The notes under the pieces were generated by a model, which was given only the letters and a program-made list of their open reading frames with translations, did not search any database and had not been told where the DNA came from. A stretch of 41,607 bases of DNA from Candidatus Woesearchaeota archaeon (lineage in GTDB: Archaea; Nanobdellota; Nanobdellia; Pacearchaeales; GW2011-AR1), in assembly GCA_964421685.1 (NCBI GenBank), contig CAYQXU010000001.1, positions 1-41,607 of the forward strand, written 5' to 3'. Position 1 is the stretch's first letter; the number at the start of each line of letters is the position of its first letter. Below are positions 8,129-17,392 of the stretch, piece after piece. The position numbers and the translations under genes were made by a program.

Positions 8129-9514
8129 ATGAAGAGGTTTTTGATTTTTTTTGTTTTAGTTTTAGGATTAATAATTTTTATACAGGCAAAGCCACCTGTA
8201 GGTGTTTGCCCTATTCAATCAGATACAAATGTTGTTTTTTATGGAGAGACTGGATTTGGGGGTGTTGGAGATTTAAGCAAGTCATGGATAACTCATTTTT
8301 TAGATTGGTGGAAACAACAAGATCCTTCAATAAAATATGTTATTTTAGACAGCAACGATGTAAAATACGACTGTAATCTTTCAAACTATTCTGCTGTAAA
8401 AGTCTATATACAGCCTGGTGGAAATGCATATTATCAACAAAAGCAGCTTGGATCTTTAGGAAAGAGCAATATTAATAACTACATAAATAGCGGAAAAGGT
8501 TATGTTGGAATTTGCGCTGGATTTTTTTATGCGGCAGGAGATTATTACTGGCAGGGAAGCTATTATAATTGGCCAAATTTACTCGGGAAATACCCTACTG
8601 TTGAAGGATCTATAACAAATATAGCTGACTATGATTTAAGCCCAGGATACGCTTTGACTGGCGTAAGTAATGGGAATCAAATGATTTATTATGGAGGGCC
8701 AACAAGAGGGTGGAAACAGACCCCTACTAATTTCCCGGGCAGATCTCTTCTTAACTTTTCTGCAATTCCAGGAAATCTACCTGCGTCCATAATGAATAAT
8801 AATATGCTTTTGATGAGTGTTCATGCAGAGGCATTTGAAAATGATGGAATACAAGGCTTGACAACTGAACAGAGAGTTCAAAATTATATATGGTTCGCAA
8901 ATTCAATAAACACTGTTTCAGGAACTAATTTTTATGTCCCTCTGCCTCCCTCTTATGAATGCAGCGATGGTATTGATAATGACTTAGATGGCTTTATAGA
9001 TTATCCTTTAGACCCAGGCTGTTCATCAAAATTTGACAATACTGAGTCTCAAGCTCCTGGAGAGATTTTCTTTGATGATTTTGAATCTGGATTAAGCACG
9101 TGGACTTTAAGCGCTGTTTCTGGAGGAAATAATTGGGTCCAGAGCTCAAGCAATCCTTATCAAGGAAGCTATCATGCACAAAGCCAGCCAATGTCTACTT
9201 CAGAACCTGCTTCTGTTATGGAAAAGGCAGTGTCTACATTAGGATTTAGCAATGTTAAAGTAAGCTATTATAGAAAACTTGTAGGATTAGACTCGGCTGA
9301 CGAATTTCAAGTTAAATGGTTTGATGGAGCAAGTTGGACTATACTTGAGCAGACTGGATCCAATAGCGCCGATGATGTTTCTTATTTATATAAAGAATTT
9401 ACTCTTCCAAGCTCTGCATGGAATAATCCCGCATTTGCAATAAAATTTGAATGCACTGCCGGAGCCGTTTCTGAATATTGCCTTGTTGATAATGTAAAAG
9501 TGTTTTCGGCTTAA
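8129..9514 (+). CDS. Secreted protein: BPL_N/class-I-glutamine-amidotransferase-like domain, Asp-rich Cys motif, and C-terminal beta-sandwich domain
   Basis: Signal peptide, then YIQPGGNAYY...GKGYVGICAGFFYA (GATase1-like/BPL_N pattern), then CSDGIDNDLDGFIDYPLDPGC. The C-terminal domain (FFDDFESGLSTWTL ... YCLVDNVKVF) is homologous to aa about 160-305 of the 1493-aa protein. Confidence 0.6.
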   Translation: MKRFLIFFVLVLGLIIFIQAKPPVGVCPIQSDTNVVFYGETGFGGVGDLSKSWITHFLDWWKQQDPSIKYVILDSNDVKYDCNLSNYSAVKVYIQPGGNAYYQQKQLGSLGKSNINNYINSGKGYVGICAGFFYAAGDYYWQGSYYNWPNLLGKYPTVEGSITNIADYDLSPGYALTGVSNGNQMIYYGGPTRGWKQTPTNFPGRSLLNFSAIPGNLPASIMNNNMLLMSVHAEAFENDGIQGLTTEQRVQNYIWFANSINTVSGTNFYVPLPPSYECSDGIDNDLDGFIDYPLDPGCSSKFDNTESQAPGEIFFDDFESGLSTWTLSAVSGGNNWVQSSSNPYQGSYHAQSQPMSTSEPASVMEKAVSTLGFSNVKVSYYRKLVGLDSADEFQVKWFDGASWTILEQTGSNSADDVSYLYKEFTLPSSAWNNPAFAIKFECTAGAVSEYCLVDNVKVFSA

Positions 9515-9569
9515 TCTTTTTTTCTTTATACAGAAACTTTTAAATACAATAAATGGTACTTTAAAGTGT

Positions 9570-9806
9570 ATGAAAAAAAGTATTACTAAAAGTCCTTTAA
9601 AAAGTACGGTTAATCGCACTAATATGAAAGGGCAAATATTAAATATTCTTAAAAATTTAGAAAAGCCTCTTTCTACGGCAGAGATAGCACAAAATCTTAA
9701 CAAATCTTGGCATACTATAATAAGGTATTGTTTGGATCTTGAAAACGAGAGTAAATTAATTAAATTTGAGATAGGTCGGATTAGTGCTTGGCAAATTAAA
9801 AAATGA
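9570..9806 (+). CDS. Small winged-helix DNA-binding protein
   Basis: ILNILKNLEKPLSTAEIAQNLNKSWHTIIRYCLDLENESKL fits a wHTH pattern. The likely start is the ATG at 9624. The stop overlaps the next gene's start (ATGA at 9803-9806). Confidence 0.6.
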   Translation: MKKSITKSPLKSTVNRTNMKGQILNILKNLEKPLSTAEIAQNLNKSWHTIIRYCLDLENESKLIKFEIGRISAWQIKK

Positions 9807-12800
9807 AAGAGCAGGTGATAAAAAATGAGAAGCAATTTGCACAATGGTTTAGAAAGAACTACAAAGAATTAGGTTATTCAAAAATAATAAGAGGGGATAT
9901 TTCAAGGTGCCCTGATTTTATAATGTTAAGAAATGGTAAAGAGGTGAGAGTTGAGTTAGAAACAATATCATCTAATTTTATTGCCCATAAACATTCATTA
10001 GATTCTATTGATGAAATTATTTGTTTAATTAAAGATGTTGATTTGGGAAAGCCTACTAGAGAAATTAAAGAGTTAAAATTTGAGGGAAATAGGAAAGTTA
10101 CACTAAGCCTTGATGATAAAGTTTATTCTGACTTTCAGAGATTTTGCGAGGAAAATGCTATTATGCTTTCTAAGAAAATTGAGCTTTTAATGAGAGATCT
10201 GCTGAATAAAAAAAAGAATTTTCTTCTGATGTTTTTTTTAGGAATCTTTTTTATAAGTTTTGTCAGCTCTTCAACAATACTATTTGATGGTTTTGAATCT
10301 GGAGGATTGGCAAATTGGACCCTTTGGAGCAATGCAGGGGCGAACAGCAATTGGACAGCTTCAAGCACTGACCCAAATACAGGAACTTTTCATGCTAATG
10401 GAAATCCAAGAACAACTAATGATCCAGGGATAATAATGAATCAAAGCATTAATACTTCAGGATATAAAAATATTACATTTAGCTATGCAAGAAAACTTAA
10501 TTTAGGAACATCGCTTAAGACATTCAGAGCTAAATGGTATAATGGGACAATTTGGACAATAGTTGAGAATGCAAATAATACAGTAGATTCTGTTTACGTA
10601 AATAAAAATTTCACTTTATCATCCTCTGCAGACAATAACTCAAATTTTAAAATAAGCTTTGATTGTACAGAAGGAACAACAACTGACTATTGTAGAGTTG
10701 ATGATGTTAACATTTCTGGAAATGTAATAGACACAACGCCTCCACAGATTAGCATAACCTATCCTTTAAACTCTTCTTATAATATTAATGTAACTGCGTT
10801 GAATTATACAGCAAGCGACAATTCTGCTTTAGATAAATGCTGGTACAGCTTGAATAATGGAGTTACTAATACAACAATTACATGTGGAAATAATGTAAGC
10901 GGGTTAAGCAGCAACGAGGGAAGCAATACCTGGAAGGTTTGGGCAAACGATACTGCAGGAAATCTCAACTCTTCCAGCAAAACCTTTTTTGTAGACACCA
11001 TAAGCCCTAATATATCTATAATCTCACCTTTGAATCAAACCTTTACTAATGCAACAATACTTGTTAATCTATCTGCATCAGACTCTAATGGAGTTTCTCA
11101 AATTTGGTTTTATAATGGAACGGCAAATGTGAGTTATTCCTCTCCAGCTTATTACACTTTTCCTCAAGGATCTACCACAATTATTGCTTACGCAAATGAC
11201 ACAATAGGAAATCTCAATTCTTCTAATAAAACCTTTTTTGTAGATAGTGTGATTCCGAGCATTGTTATTTATTCTCCACTAAATACAACTTACAACTCAA
11301 GCAGTGTTTTCTTGAATTATTCTGCAAGCGATTCTAGCGGAATAAGCGCTTGCTGGTACTCCAGAGATTCAAATCCTAATATTTCATTGGTTGGCTGTTC
11401 TACAGCAACTCTAACAGGATTTAGTGATGGTAGCCACAATATAAGAGTTTATGCAAACGATACTGCAGGAAATTTAAATTCATCAACTGCTTATTTTTCA
11501 GCGGATTCAACACCTCCATCGTGGAGCGGCGTTCAAAGCTCTACACCTGGAGCTTACTCGGCTCAAGTTTCTTACTTTAATGTTACATGGAATGATTCTT
11601 CTGGAGTATCAAGTGTTTTATTTGAAAGCAATTTTTCAGGATCAAATCAAAATTATTCTATGAGCTTGATTTCTGGAAATGTTTATGGGTTCAATGCAAC
11701 TTTGCCTGCAGGAACATTTTATTGGAAATCTTACGCCAACGACACTCTTGGCAATTTGAATGTAAGTGCTAGCCAAATTTTCACAATTTCTAAAGCATCA
11801 AATCCAGTAGACTTGTATATCAACGGGAATAAAAACCAAAATACAACAGTTTTTTATGGGAATCAAACTAATGTTACAGGAGCAGCATTTTCTGGAGGAA
11901 TTTCTATTTACAAAAATGGAGTTTTAATTTCAAATCCTGAAATAGCTGTTCTAGCTGCAAACTTGTCTGGATATATTTATAATGCAACTAGTGCAGGAAA
12001 CCAGAATTACACAAGCAACTCAACAATAATTTATTTAATTGTTAACAAATCAACTCCAGGATTAAATATGCTCATTAACGGAAATGCAAGCAGCTCAAGC
12101 TTAGTTTATGGGAATGTTTCTAACTTAACTTCTTACGAATTTAATTCAGGAGATGATGATGTTGTGTACACTTTATATCGAGATGGAATTGCAATAGGTT
12201 TAGGATCTTCTGTTCAAGATGTCGGTGTTTTAGGAGTTCAAAATTATACTTATACTTATAATACCTCTGGCGGGAGCAACTATTCAAGCAATTCTTTAGC
12301 AAGAAATTTAGAAATATCAAAGGCTAGCCCTAATGTAACTCTTTTGCTCGATGGATCTAGCTCTGATTTATCAATATCTATAAATGATGTTTTAAATGTG
12401 AGCGCTTCCATTTACTCTCCGTCTACTGGCTCAATTGATCTTTATGAGGACTCTAGCTTAAATTCTTCTGGAACAATTATTTCAATTCAAAAAAACTATA
12501 CTAGCCTAGGAAATAGAGTTTGGAAGACTGTTTTTTTAGGAAACCAGAATTACAGCGCTCAGAACATTTCATATACTGTAAGTGTTATAGATTCTAACTC
12601 GCCGCATTTTTCTAATATCAAGGTTTCGCCAAGCTCACAATCAACTTACTCGCCAAATAGAACTTACCAATTTAATATAACCTGGACAGATGATATTGCT
12701 ATTGACAATGTGATCTTCAGTTTTAATGGAACTAACTATAGCTTTTCATCAGGTCAAGTTAAAAGAAATGCAGATGAATATTATATGAACATTAGCAATT

Positions 12801-14284
12801 TAGGCGCTGGAACTTACGTATACAGATGGTATGCAAACGACACTTCAGGAAACTTAGTAGCAACTTCAAACCAGAATTATATTGTTGACAAAGAAATTGC
12901 TGCATTATTTTTGACAATTGTGCCAAGCAGCAGTGTTGCTTACGGAACTCAAACAAGCGTCAGCTGCTCTGCAAATAACTTTGAATCTTCATTATCGTTG
13001 ACTAGAAATGCAGCTGGTGTTTCAAACCCTGATGTAAATAATTTCTCTGTTGGAACTTATAATTATGCTTGCACTTCTGTTGCTACACAAAATTATACAA
13101 GCGCCAGCGCTACAGCATCTTTACTAGTAAGCAAGGCAGCGCCTGTAATTAATATTAGCTTAAATGGAGTTAGCAGCGACTTGGCCTTACCGTCAAGCGG
13201 CGGTTTAGTTGAAATAAACGCAAGTCTTGTTTCCCCATCTAGTGGGACTATTAATTTATCAATAGATGGAAGCTTTGTTGCGTCTAATAGTTCATTTATC
13301 CATTATACAAATTCATTTTCTTCTTCTGGAACTCATTTAGTCAATGTTTCATTTGATGGAGATGAAAATTATAGTTTTGGATACTCTAATTATAATGTTG
13401 TCGTGGCGTCGCCGTCTTCTAGCGGCAGCAGTTCTGGCGGGTCAAATGGAGGAAGCTCTGTAAAAAGCTTTGTTGTTCAAAAGAAAGCTGATTTATATGT
13501 GGGAAGTATTCCTGCATTGGTGGTTAGCTCGCCAGGCGTAAAGAAAATTGTAAGCTGGGATGTTAAGAATAATGGGTCTAGTTTTTTAAATGACTGCAAA
13601 TTTAAGAGCGCTGGCTCATATGCTTCTTGGATAACTAAGACAGAAACAAAAGGCTTGGCTGCCGGAGAAGAGTATAGTTTTGTTTTTGATGTTAACATAC
13701 CTGAAGAGTCTAAGGAAGGAAAATACCTTATGCATGTATTGCTTGACTGCAGTGAAGTAAGCAAGTCAGCTGACTTTTTTGTTGAGATTCAGGGAAAACA
13801 AGTTGATTTCAAGTTGGTTGATGTTGAAAGAGCTGGCAAAGGAAATGTAAAAGTTAAATATAACATAAGCGAGCTTAAAGGGATAAATCAAAACCTTGAG
13901 CTTCAATTCTTAATCTTTAGTCTTGACAATAAAAAGGAAGCTGAAGTTAAAGAAGCTAAATCAATTCTTGCAAACTCAAGCCAGGAGTTTGAAACCACTA
14001 TTCCTATAAAGGAGACACTCCAAGGCGATCTAAGTTTGCTTGTTAACATTAATTCTGAAACTTATTCTAGTTTTGTTCAGGAAAATATTGTTCTTGGAAG
14101 CCCTGTCAGCGGGTTTACAATATTCGGGGGTTTAGCTAGAAGAGACTCCTTAATAAGCATTTCATTAGTTTTGCTATTTTTTGTATTCGCATTTTTTATT
14201 GTAAAAAGAATAAGAAGCCATCATAGGGTAATCAAAGGAAATCGTCTTAGACAGAAATATGCGTCGATGCTAGCTGCTTATTAA
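9803..14284 (+). CDS. Giant (1493 aa) membrane-anchored surface protein with an N-terminal cytoplasmic PD-(D/E)xK-like plus RHH module
   Basis: aa 1-95: nuclease-fold-like pattern (PDFIML..GKEVRVELE..SSNFIAHKH...DEIICL). aa 97-136: RHH pattern (KVTLSLDDKVYSDFQRFCEENAIMLSKKIELLMRDLL). aa 137-157: KKK plus a hydrophobic segment. The rest is >1250 aa of repeated Ig-like modules dense in N-x-S/T sequons, then a C-terminal TM and basic tail. Confidence 0.8.
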   Translation: MKEQVIKNEKQFAQWFRKNYKELGYSKIIRGDISRCPDFIMLRNGKEVRVELETISSNFIAHKHSLDSIDEIICLIKDVDLGKPTREIKELKFEGNRKVTLSLDDKVYSDFQRFCEENAIMLSKKIELLMRDLLNKKKNFLLMFFLGIFFISFVSSSTILFDGFESGGLANWTLWSNAGANSNWTASSTDPNTGTFHANGNPRTTNDPGIIMNQSINTSGYKNITFSYARKLNLGTSLKTFRAKWYNGTIWTIVENANNTVDSVYVNKNFTLSSSADNNSNFKISFDCTEGTTTDYCRVDDVNISGNVIDTTPPQISITYPLNSSYNINVTALNYTASDNSALDKCWYSLNNGVTNTTITCGNNVSGLSSNEGSNTWKVWANDTAGNLNSSSKTFFVDTISPNISIISPLNQTFTNATILVNLSASDSNGVSQIWFYNGTANVSYSSPAYYTFPQGSTTIIAYANDTIGNLNSSNKTFFVDSVIPSIVIYSPLNTTYNSSSVFLNYSASDSSGISACWYSRDSNPNISLVGCSTATLTGFSDGSHNIRVYANDTAGNLNSSTAYFSADSTPPSWSGVQSSTPGAYSAQVSYFNVTWNDSSGVSSVLFESNFSGSNQNYSMSLISGNVYGFNATLPAGTFYWKSYANDTLGNLNVSASQIFTISKASNPVDLYINGNKNQNTTVFYGNQTNVTGAAFSGGISIYKNGVLISNPEIAVLAANLSGYIYNATSAGNQNYTSNSTIIYLIVNKSTPGLNMLINGNASSSSLVYGNVSNLTSYEFNSGDDDVVYTLYRDGIAIGLGSSVQDVGVLGVQNYTYTYNTSGGSNYSSNSLARNLEISKASPNVTLLLDGSSSDLSISINDVLNVSASIYSPSTGSIDLYEDSSLNSSGTIISIQKNYTSLGNRVWKTVFLGNQNYSAQNISYTVSVIDSNSPHFSNIKVSPSSQSTYSPNRTYQFNITWTDDIAIDNVIFSFNGTNYSFSSGQVKRNADEYYMNISNLGAGTYVYRWYANDTSGNLVATSNQNYIVDKEIAALFLTIVPSSSVAYGTQTSVSCSANNFESSLSLTRNAAGVSNPDVNNFSVGTYNYACTSVATQNYTSASATASLLVSKAAPVINISLNGVSSDLALPSSGGLVEINASLVSPSSGTINLSIDGSFVASNSSFIHYTNSFSSSGTHLVNVSFDGDENYSFGYSNYNVVVASPSSSGSSSGGSNGGSSVKSFVVQKKADLYVGSIPALVVSSPGVKKIVSWDVKNNGSSFLNDCKFKSAGSYASWITKTETKGLAAGEEYSFVFDVNIPEESKEGKYLMHVLLDCSEVSKSADFFVEIQGKQVDFKLVDVERAGKGNVKVKYNISELKGINQNLELQFLIFSLDNKKEAEVKEAKSILANSSQEFETTIPIKETLQGDLSLLVNINSETYSSFVQENIVLGSPVSGFTIFGGLARRDSLISISLVLLFFVFAFFIVKRIRSHHRVIKGNRLRQKYASMLAAY

Positions 14285-14509
14285 CTTTTTCTTTTCATTA
14301 ATTTTTGTTGTTAATTTTTTCTAAAAAACTCAAGTGATAATTAAGAAAGAGATTAGACTTCTGACAGCTCAAACTTTATTTTTTGAACCTTAGAAAGCCT
14401 ATTAGTTATGTTTTCTTCTTCTTGCTCTATTTTTTTCTTTTTATCCCTTAATGAAGATTCTTTTTTTGTTAGTTCTTTAATATTTTCTTTTATCTCTTTG
14501 TCTGTTTTT

Positions 14510-14824
14510 TTATAATCTGCTTTTTTTTCTGTTTAATATTAATATTTCTTTATTAATGTCAGACAAAGCTTCTCTTAGCATACTCTGCTGTTTATTTTTG
14601 GGTTTGTTCATTTTCATTTTTCTTATTCTTTTCTTTGGTTTTTTCAGAATTTTCCTTGCGATTTTGTTTTGCTTAAAGTACCTAGACAGGGCTTCAGATA
14701 TTTCCTTTTTTTCGTATCCGCTTTTGGACAGAATACTTTTTATATCTTTTTCAGAATATTTTTGTTTTATAGCCTCCTTTATCCAATTTTTGAGCTCTTC
14801 ATCCCCATTTTCATTAAAGACCAT
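14510..14824 (-). CDS. Small Lys-rich protein, possibly the 5' part of a frameshifted coiled-coil gene
   Basis: 104-aa ORF. Downstream, an open 59-codon coiled-coil-like frame without an ATG continues to 14353 and is reachable by a 1-nt change in an A8 run. Confidence 0.45.
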   Translation of the reverse strand: MVFNENGDEELKNWIKEAIKQKYSEKDIKSILSKSGYEKKEISEALSRYFKQNKIARKILKKPKKRIRKMKMNKPKNKQQSMLREALSDINKEILILNRKKSRL

Positions 14825-14911
14825 TTAAATTTATAAATGTTCCTTTTATCTTTCCTTATGCGACTTAAATATATTATTTATTTTGGCAGTCTAGTTTCTC
14901 TTAGTTTTAAT

Positions 14912-16747
14912 TTACTCATTTAGCGTTTTCTTTAGCCCCTTTTTAGCTTTTTCATATGAGTCTTTAGATATATATTTTCCCAAATAAGCTCTTTCCAGGG
15001 CTTCTAGCTTATTTTTTATTTTTTTTACATTCTTATCTTTTTCGATAATTTTTTTTCTTTCTTCTTCTATATTTTCCGATCTTTCGTCAACTTTTTTCTT
15101 GTATGATGAAATGTCTTCTCTTATTTTTTTCTGCCCACGCCTTAAAATGACAGCTATTATCAATAAAACTAAGACAATTGATCCTATTAGGATAAGCATA
15201 AGATATAGCAAAGATGAGCCTTTAACTCCTGATTCTTTTTCTGTTTTGACAATAATTGAAAAGCTGCTGCTTGCACTCTTGCCTTCATAATCAACTTTTA
15301 CGTATATTATGTATTGTCCGCCGTCCATATTTTTCGGCAATTTTATTAATTTAACATAATTTATCTGACCGTCAACTGCTAAGCTTTCTGTGGCTGAAGT
15401 TATTATATCTCCATAAATGCTTACTATTCTATATTCTATATCAACATCAACTTTTTTATGAACATCTGCTACTTCAAATATTCTTACGTTTAAGAGAATC
15501 TCATCGCCCGGGGAAACTATGGAAAATTGTGTTGGTACTTTTATTTCAACATCAAATAAAGCACTATCTGACTCAACTTCAACTGCCGTTAAAATTTCTT
15601 CTTTTTCACCTCCTGATTCAACTATTATCTTTCCAACATATAAGCTAGGTATAGTGCTTTCTTTTGCTATGAAGTCTATTGTAATTTCTTTTTCTTCTCC
15701 AGGCTTTAGAGTGAATTCTTTTTCATTTATTATCGTGATCTCTTCTATTTTTTGAGCACTTATTTTAATTTTCGTTTCTTCATTTCTTGCATTCTTTACT
15801 TTTATGATTTCTGATTTAATTTGCCCTTGTTTTAAGGACACTTTTATTTCTTTTTTATCTAAGGAAAATATGCTTGGCGTTGCTGGAGAACTTGACCCGC
15901 CCCCACTTGTAATCTTTCCTGTGCCTGATGAAGCTGGAGCCTCTTCTGCAGAATAAACTGAGAAGCCTGTTACATTGAATATTAATGCTCCTCCTGAATA
16001 GCTTTGCTGTGTGCATATTGATGAAGAGCAAACTTCCCCATCTTTTAAGATTCTTGGATTGGTGAAATTTAAATTGTATAAAGTTAAGGTTGCTGGCTTG
16101 TTGAAGTTTGGAAGCTCTGTGGAGTTTATTTCTATTCTGTTATCGGAAATTTTGACACCGTAGCTTAAATTAACTTGATTATCATTGTTGTTAAGATCAT
16201 TTGTCACATTTATTGCCTGATTAAATAATATTTTTCCATAGTTAGTATTTTCTAAAATTATGTTGCTCAAGTTTTGAATATCTTCATAGCTTGAAATGTT
16301 GAAGTTGTTTGAAATACCGCTGTTTGAGCCTGCAAATTCTTCGTAATAAATTGTGAATTTAGACAGGTTTACAAAGAAGCTTACATTTTTTGCTGTAAGG
16401 CCGTAGCTATTGTTAGCGTATAAATATAAAGTATGGTTACCTGAGGTTGTGTTAAAGTAAGTTGAAGAGGCAATTGTGGTGTTTGCAGAATCGTCTATGT
16501 TATAGACTATGGAACTTGCGTAACGAGAGGTGAAGTTTAATAAGAGAGAGTTGTTGTTAAAGTAAGTGTCATTTCTAGGGCTTATTAAGGTTAATTCCGG
16601 GGGCCCTGTAAGAGTTATGTTTATAGCAACATTTTGCGCTGTTGACTCTCCTGTTATTTTTTTTGGATTTGTATTGACTTTTATTAATGAGAATAAAACT
16701 ATTATTAATATAAAAATTCCAAGCAAGAAAAATAACCTCTTATTCAT
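14912..16747 (-). CDS. Surface protein (611 aa) with C-terminal TM and cytoplasmic coiled-coil/SHOCT-like tail
   Basis: N-terminal signal/anchor, sequon-rich ectodomain, CARDB/DUF11-like modules (LKPGEEKEITIDFIAKE...), TM (LLYLMLILIGSIVLVLLIIAVIL), and the tail LEALERAYLGKYISKDSYEKAKKGL. Confidence 0.7.
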   Translation of the reverse strand: MNKRLFFLLGIFILIIVLFSLIKVNTNPKKITGESTAQNVAINITLTGPPELTLISPRNDTYFNNNSLLLNFTSRYASSIVYNIDDSANTTIASSTYFNTTSGNHTLYLYANNSYGLTAKNVSFFVNLSKFTIYYEEFAGSNSGISNNFNISSYEDIQNLSNIILENTNYGKILFNQAINVTNDLNNNDNQVNLSYGVKISDNRIEINSTELPNFNKPATLTLYNLNFTNPRILKDGEVCSSSICTQQSYSGGALIFNVTGFSVYSAEEAPASSGTGKITSGGGSSSPATPSIFSLDKKEIKVSLKQGQIKSEIIKVKNARNEETKIKISAQKIEEITIINEKEFTLKPGEEKEITIDFIAKESTIPSLYVGKIIVESGGEKEEILTAVEVESDSALFDVEIKVPTQFSIVSPGDEILLNVRIFEVADVHKKVDVDIEYRIVSIYGDIITSATESLAVDGQINYVKLIKLPKNMDGGQYIIYVKVDYEGKSASSSFSIIVKTEKESGVKGSSLLYLMLILIGSIVLVLLIIAVILRRGQKKIREDISSYKKKVDERSENIEEERKKIIEKDKNVKKIKNKLEALERAYLGKYISKDSYEKAKKGLKKTLNE

Positions 16748-16781
16748 AATTAAGATAATTATTAGGTCTATTTAAAATTTG

Positions 16782-17387
16782 TTAGTATTTTACTTTCTTT
16801 AAGGAAGCTTGCTTTTTACTGTTTTCTTCTTTAGACCTTTTTACATACCATATTATTATAGATATTGCCACAATTGCTATTATAATGATAATCATTATGC
16901 TTATAGGGAAGGTCTTTTTGGCTGCTCCAGCAGAAGGAGAAGGCTCTTCTTTTTTACTTACTATTTTGACAGGTATTTTGCTAGTAAATCCGCTAGATAC
17001 TTCTAACATTCCTCCTCCATTAGTAGAAACTTGTTTGAATGAGACCATTATTTGATCTATTGAACCTATTTCTTTGTCTGCTGGAATGTCTATTTTAACT
17101 TTTACAGTAACATTTTCTGTGCCAAATGGAACCTCATACAACAAGTCATTGTCGTCTATTATTTGGGCTATTTCACTTCCAGCAGTAATGTTAGCATTTA
17201 TAGTTATATCTTGAGGTTCACCTGCCATGTTTTGTAGATATAACGTAACTGTACTTGACTCTCCAGGGGTCAGTTCTAAGTATCCACTTTTAAAATAAGG
17301 AGTTACCACTCCTGACGCATTTGTAAATGATATAAGTGCTACTAAAATAATAAACAAGATTGCTATTTTGTATTTTATTTTTTCCAT
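16782..17387 (-). CDS. Small anchored surface protein
   Basis: Start taken at MEKIKYK (17387). Signal/anchor, one beta-sandwich-like domain (LTPGESSTVTLYLQN...), C-terminal TM and Lys-rich tail. Confidence 0.65.
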   Translation of the reverse strand: MEKIKYKIAILFIILVALISFTNASGVVTPYFKSGYLELTPGESSTVTLYLQNMAGEPQDITINANITAGSEIAQIIDDNDLLYEVPFGTENVTVKVKIDIPADKEIGSIDQIMVSFKQVSTNGGGMLEVSSGFTSKIPVKIVSKKEEPSPSAGAAKKTFPISIMIIIIIAIVAISIIIWYVKRSKEENSKKQASLKKVKY

Positions 17388-17392
17388 TTTTG

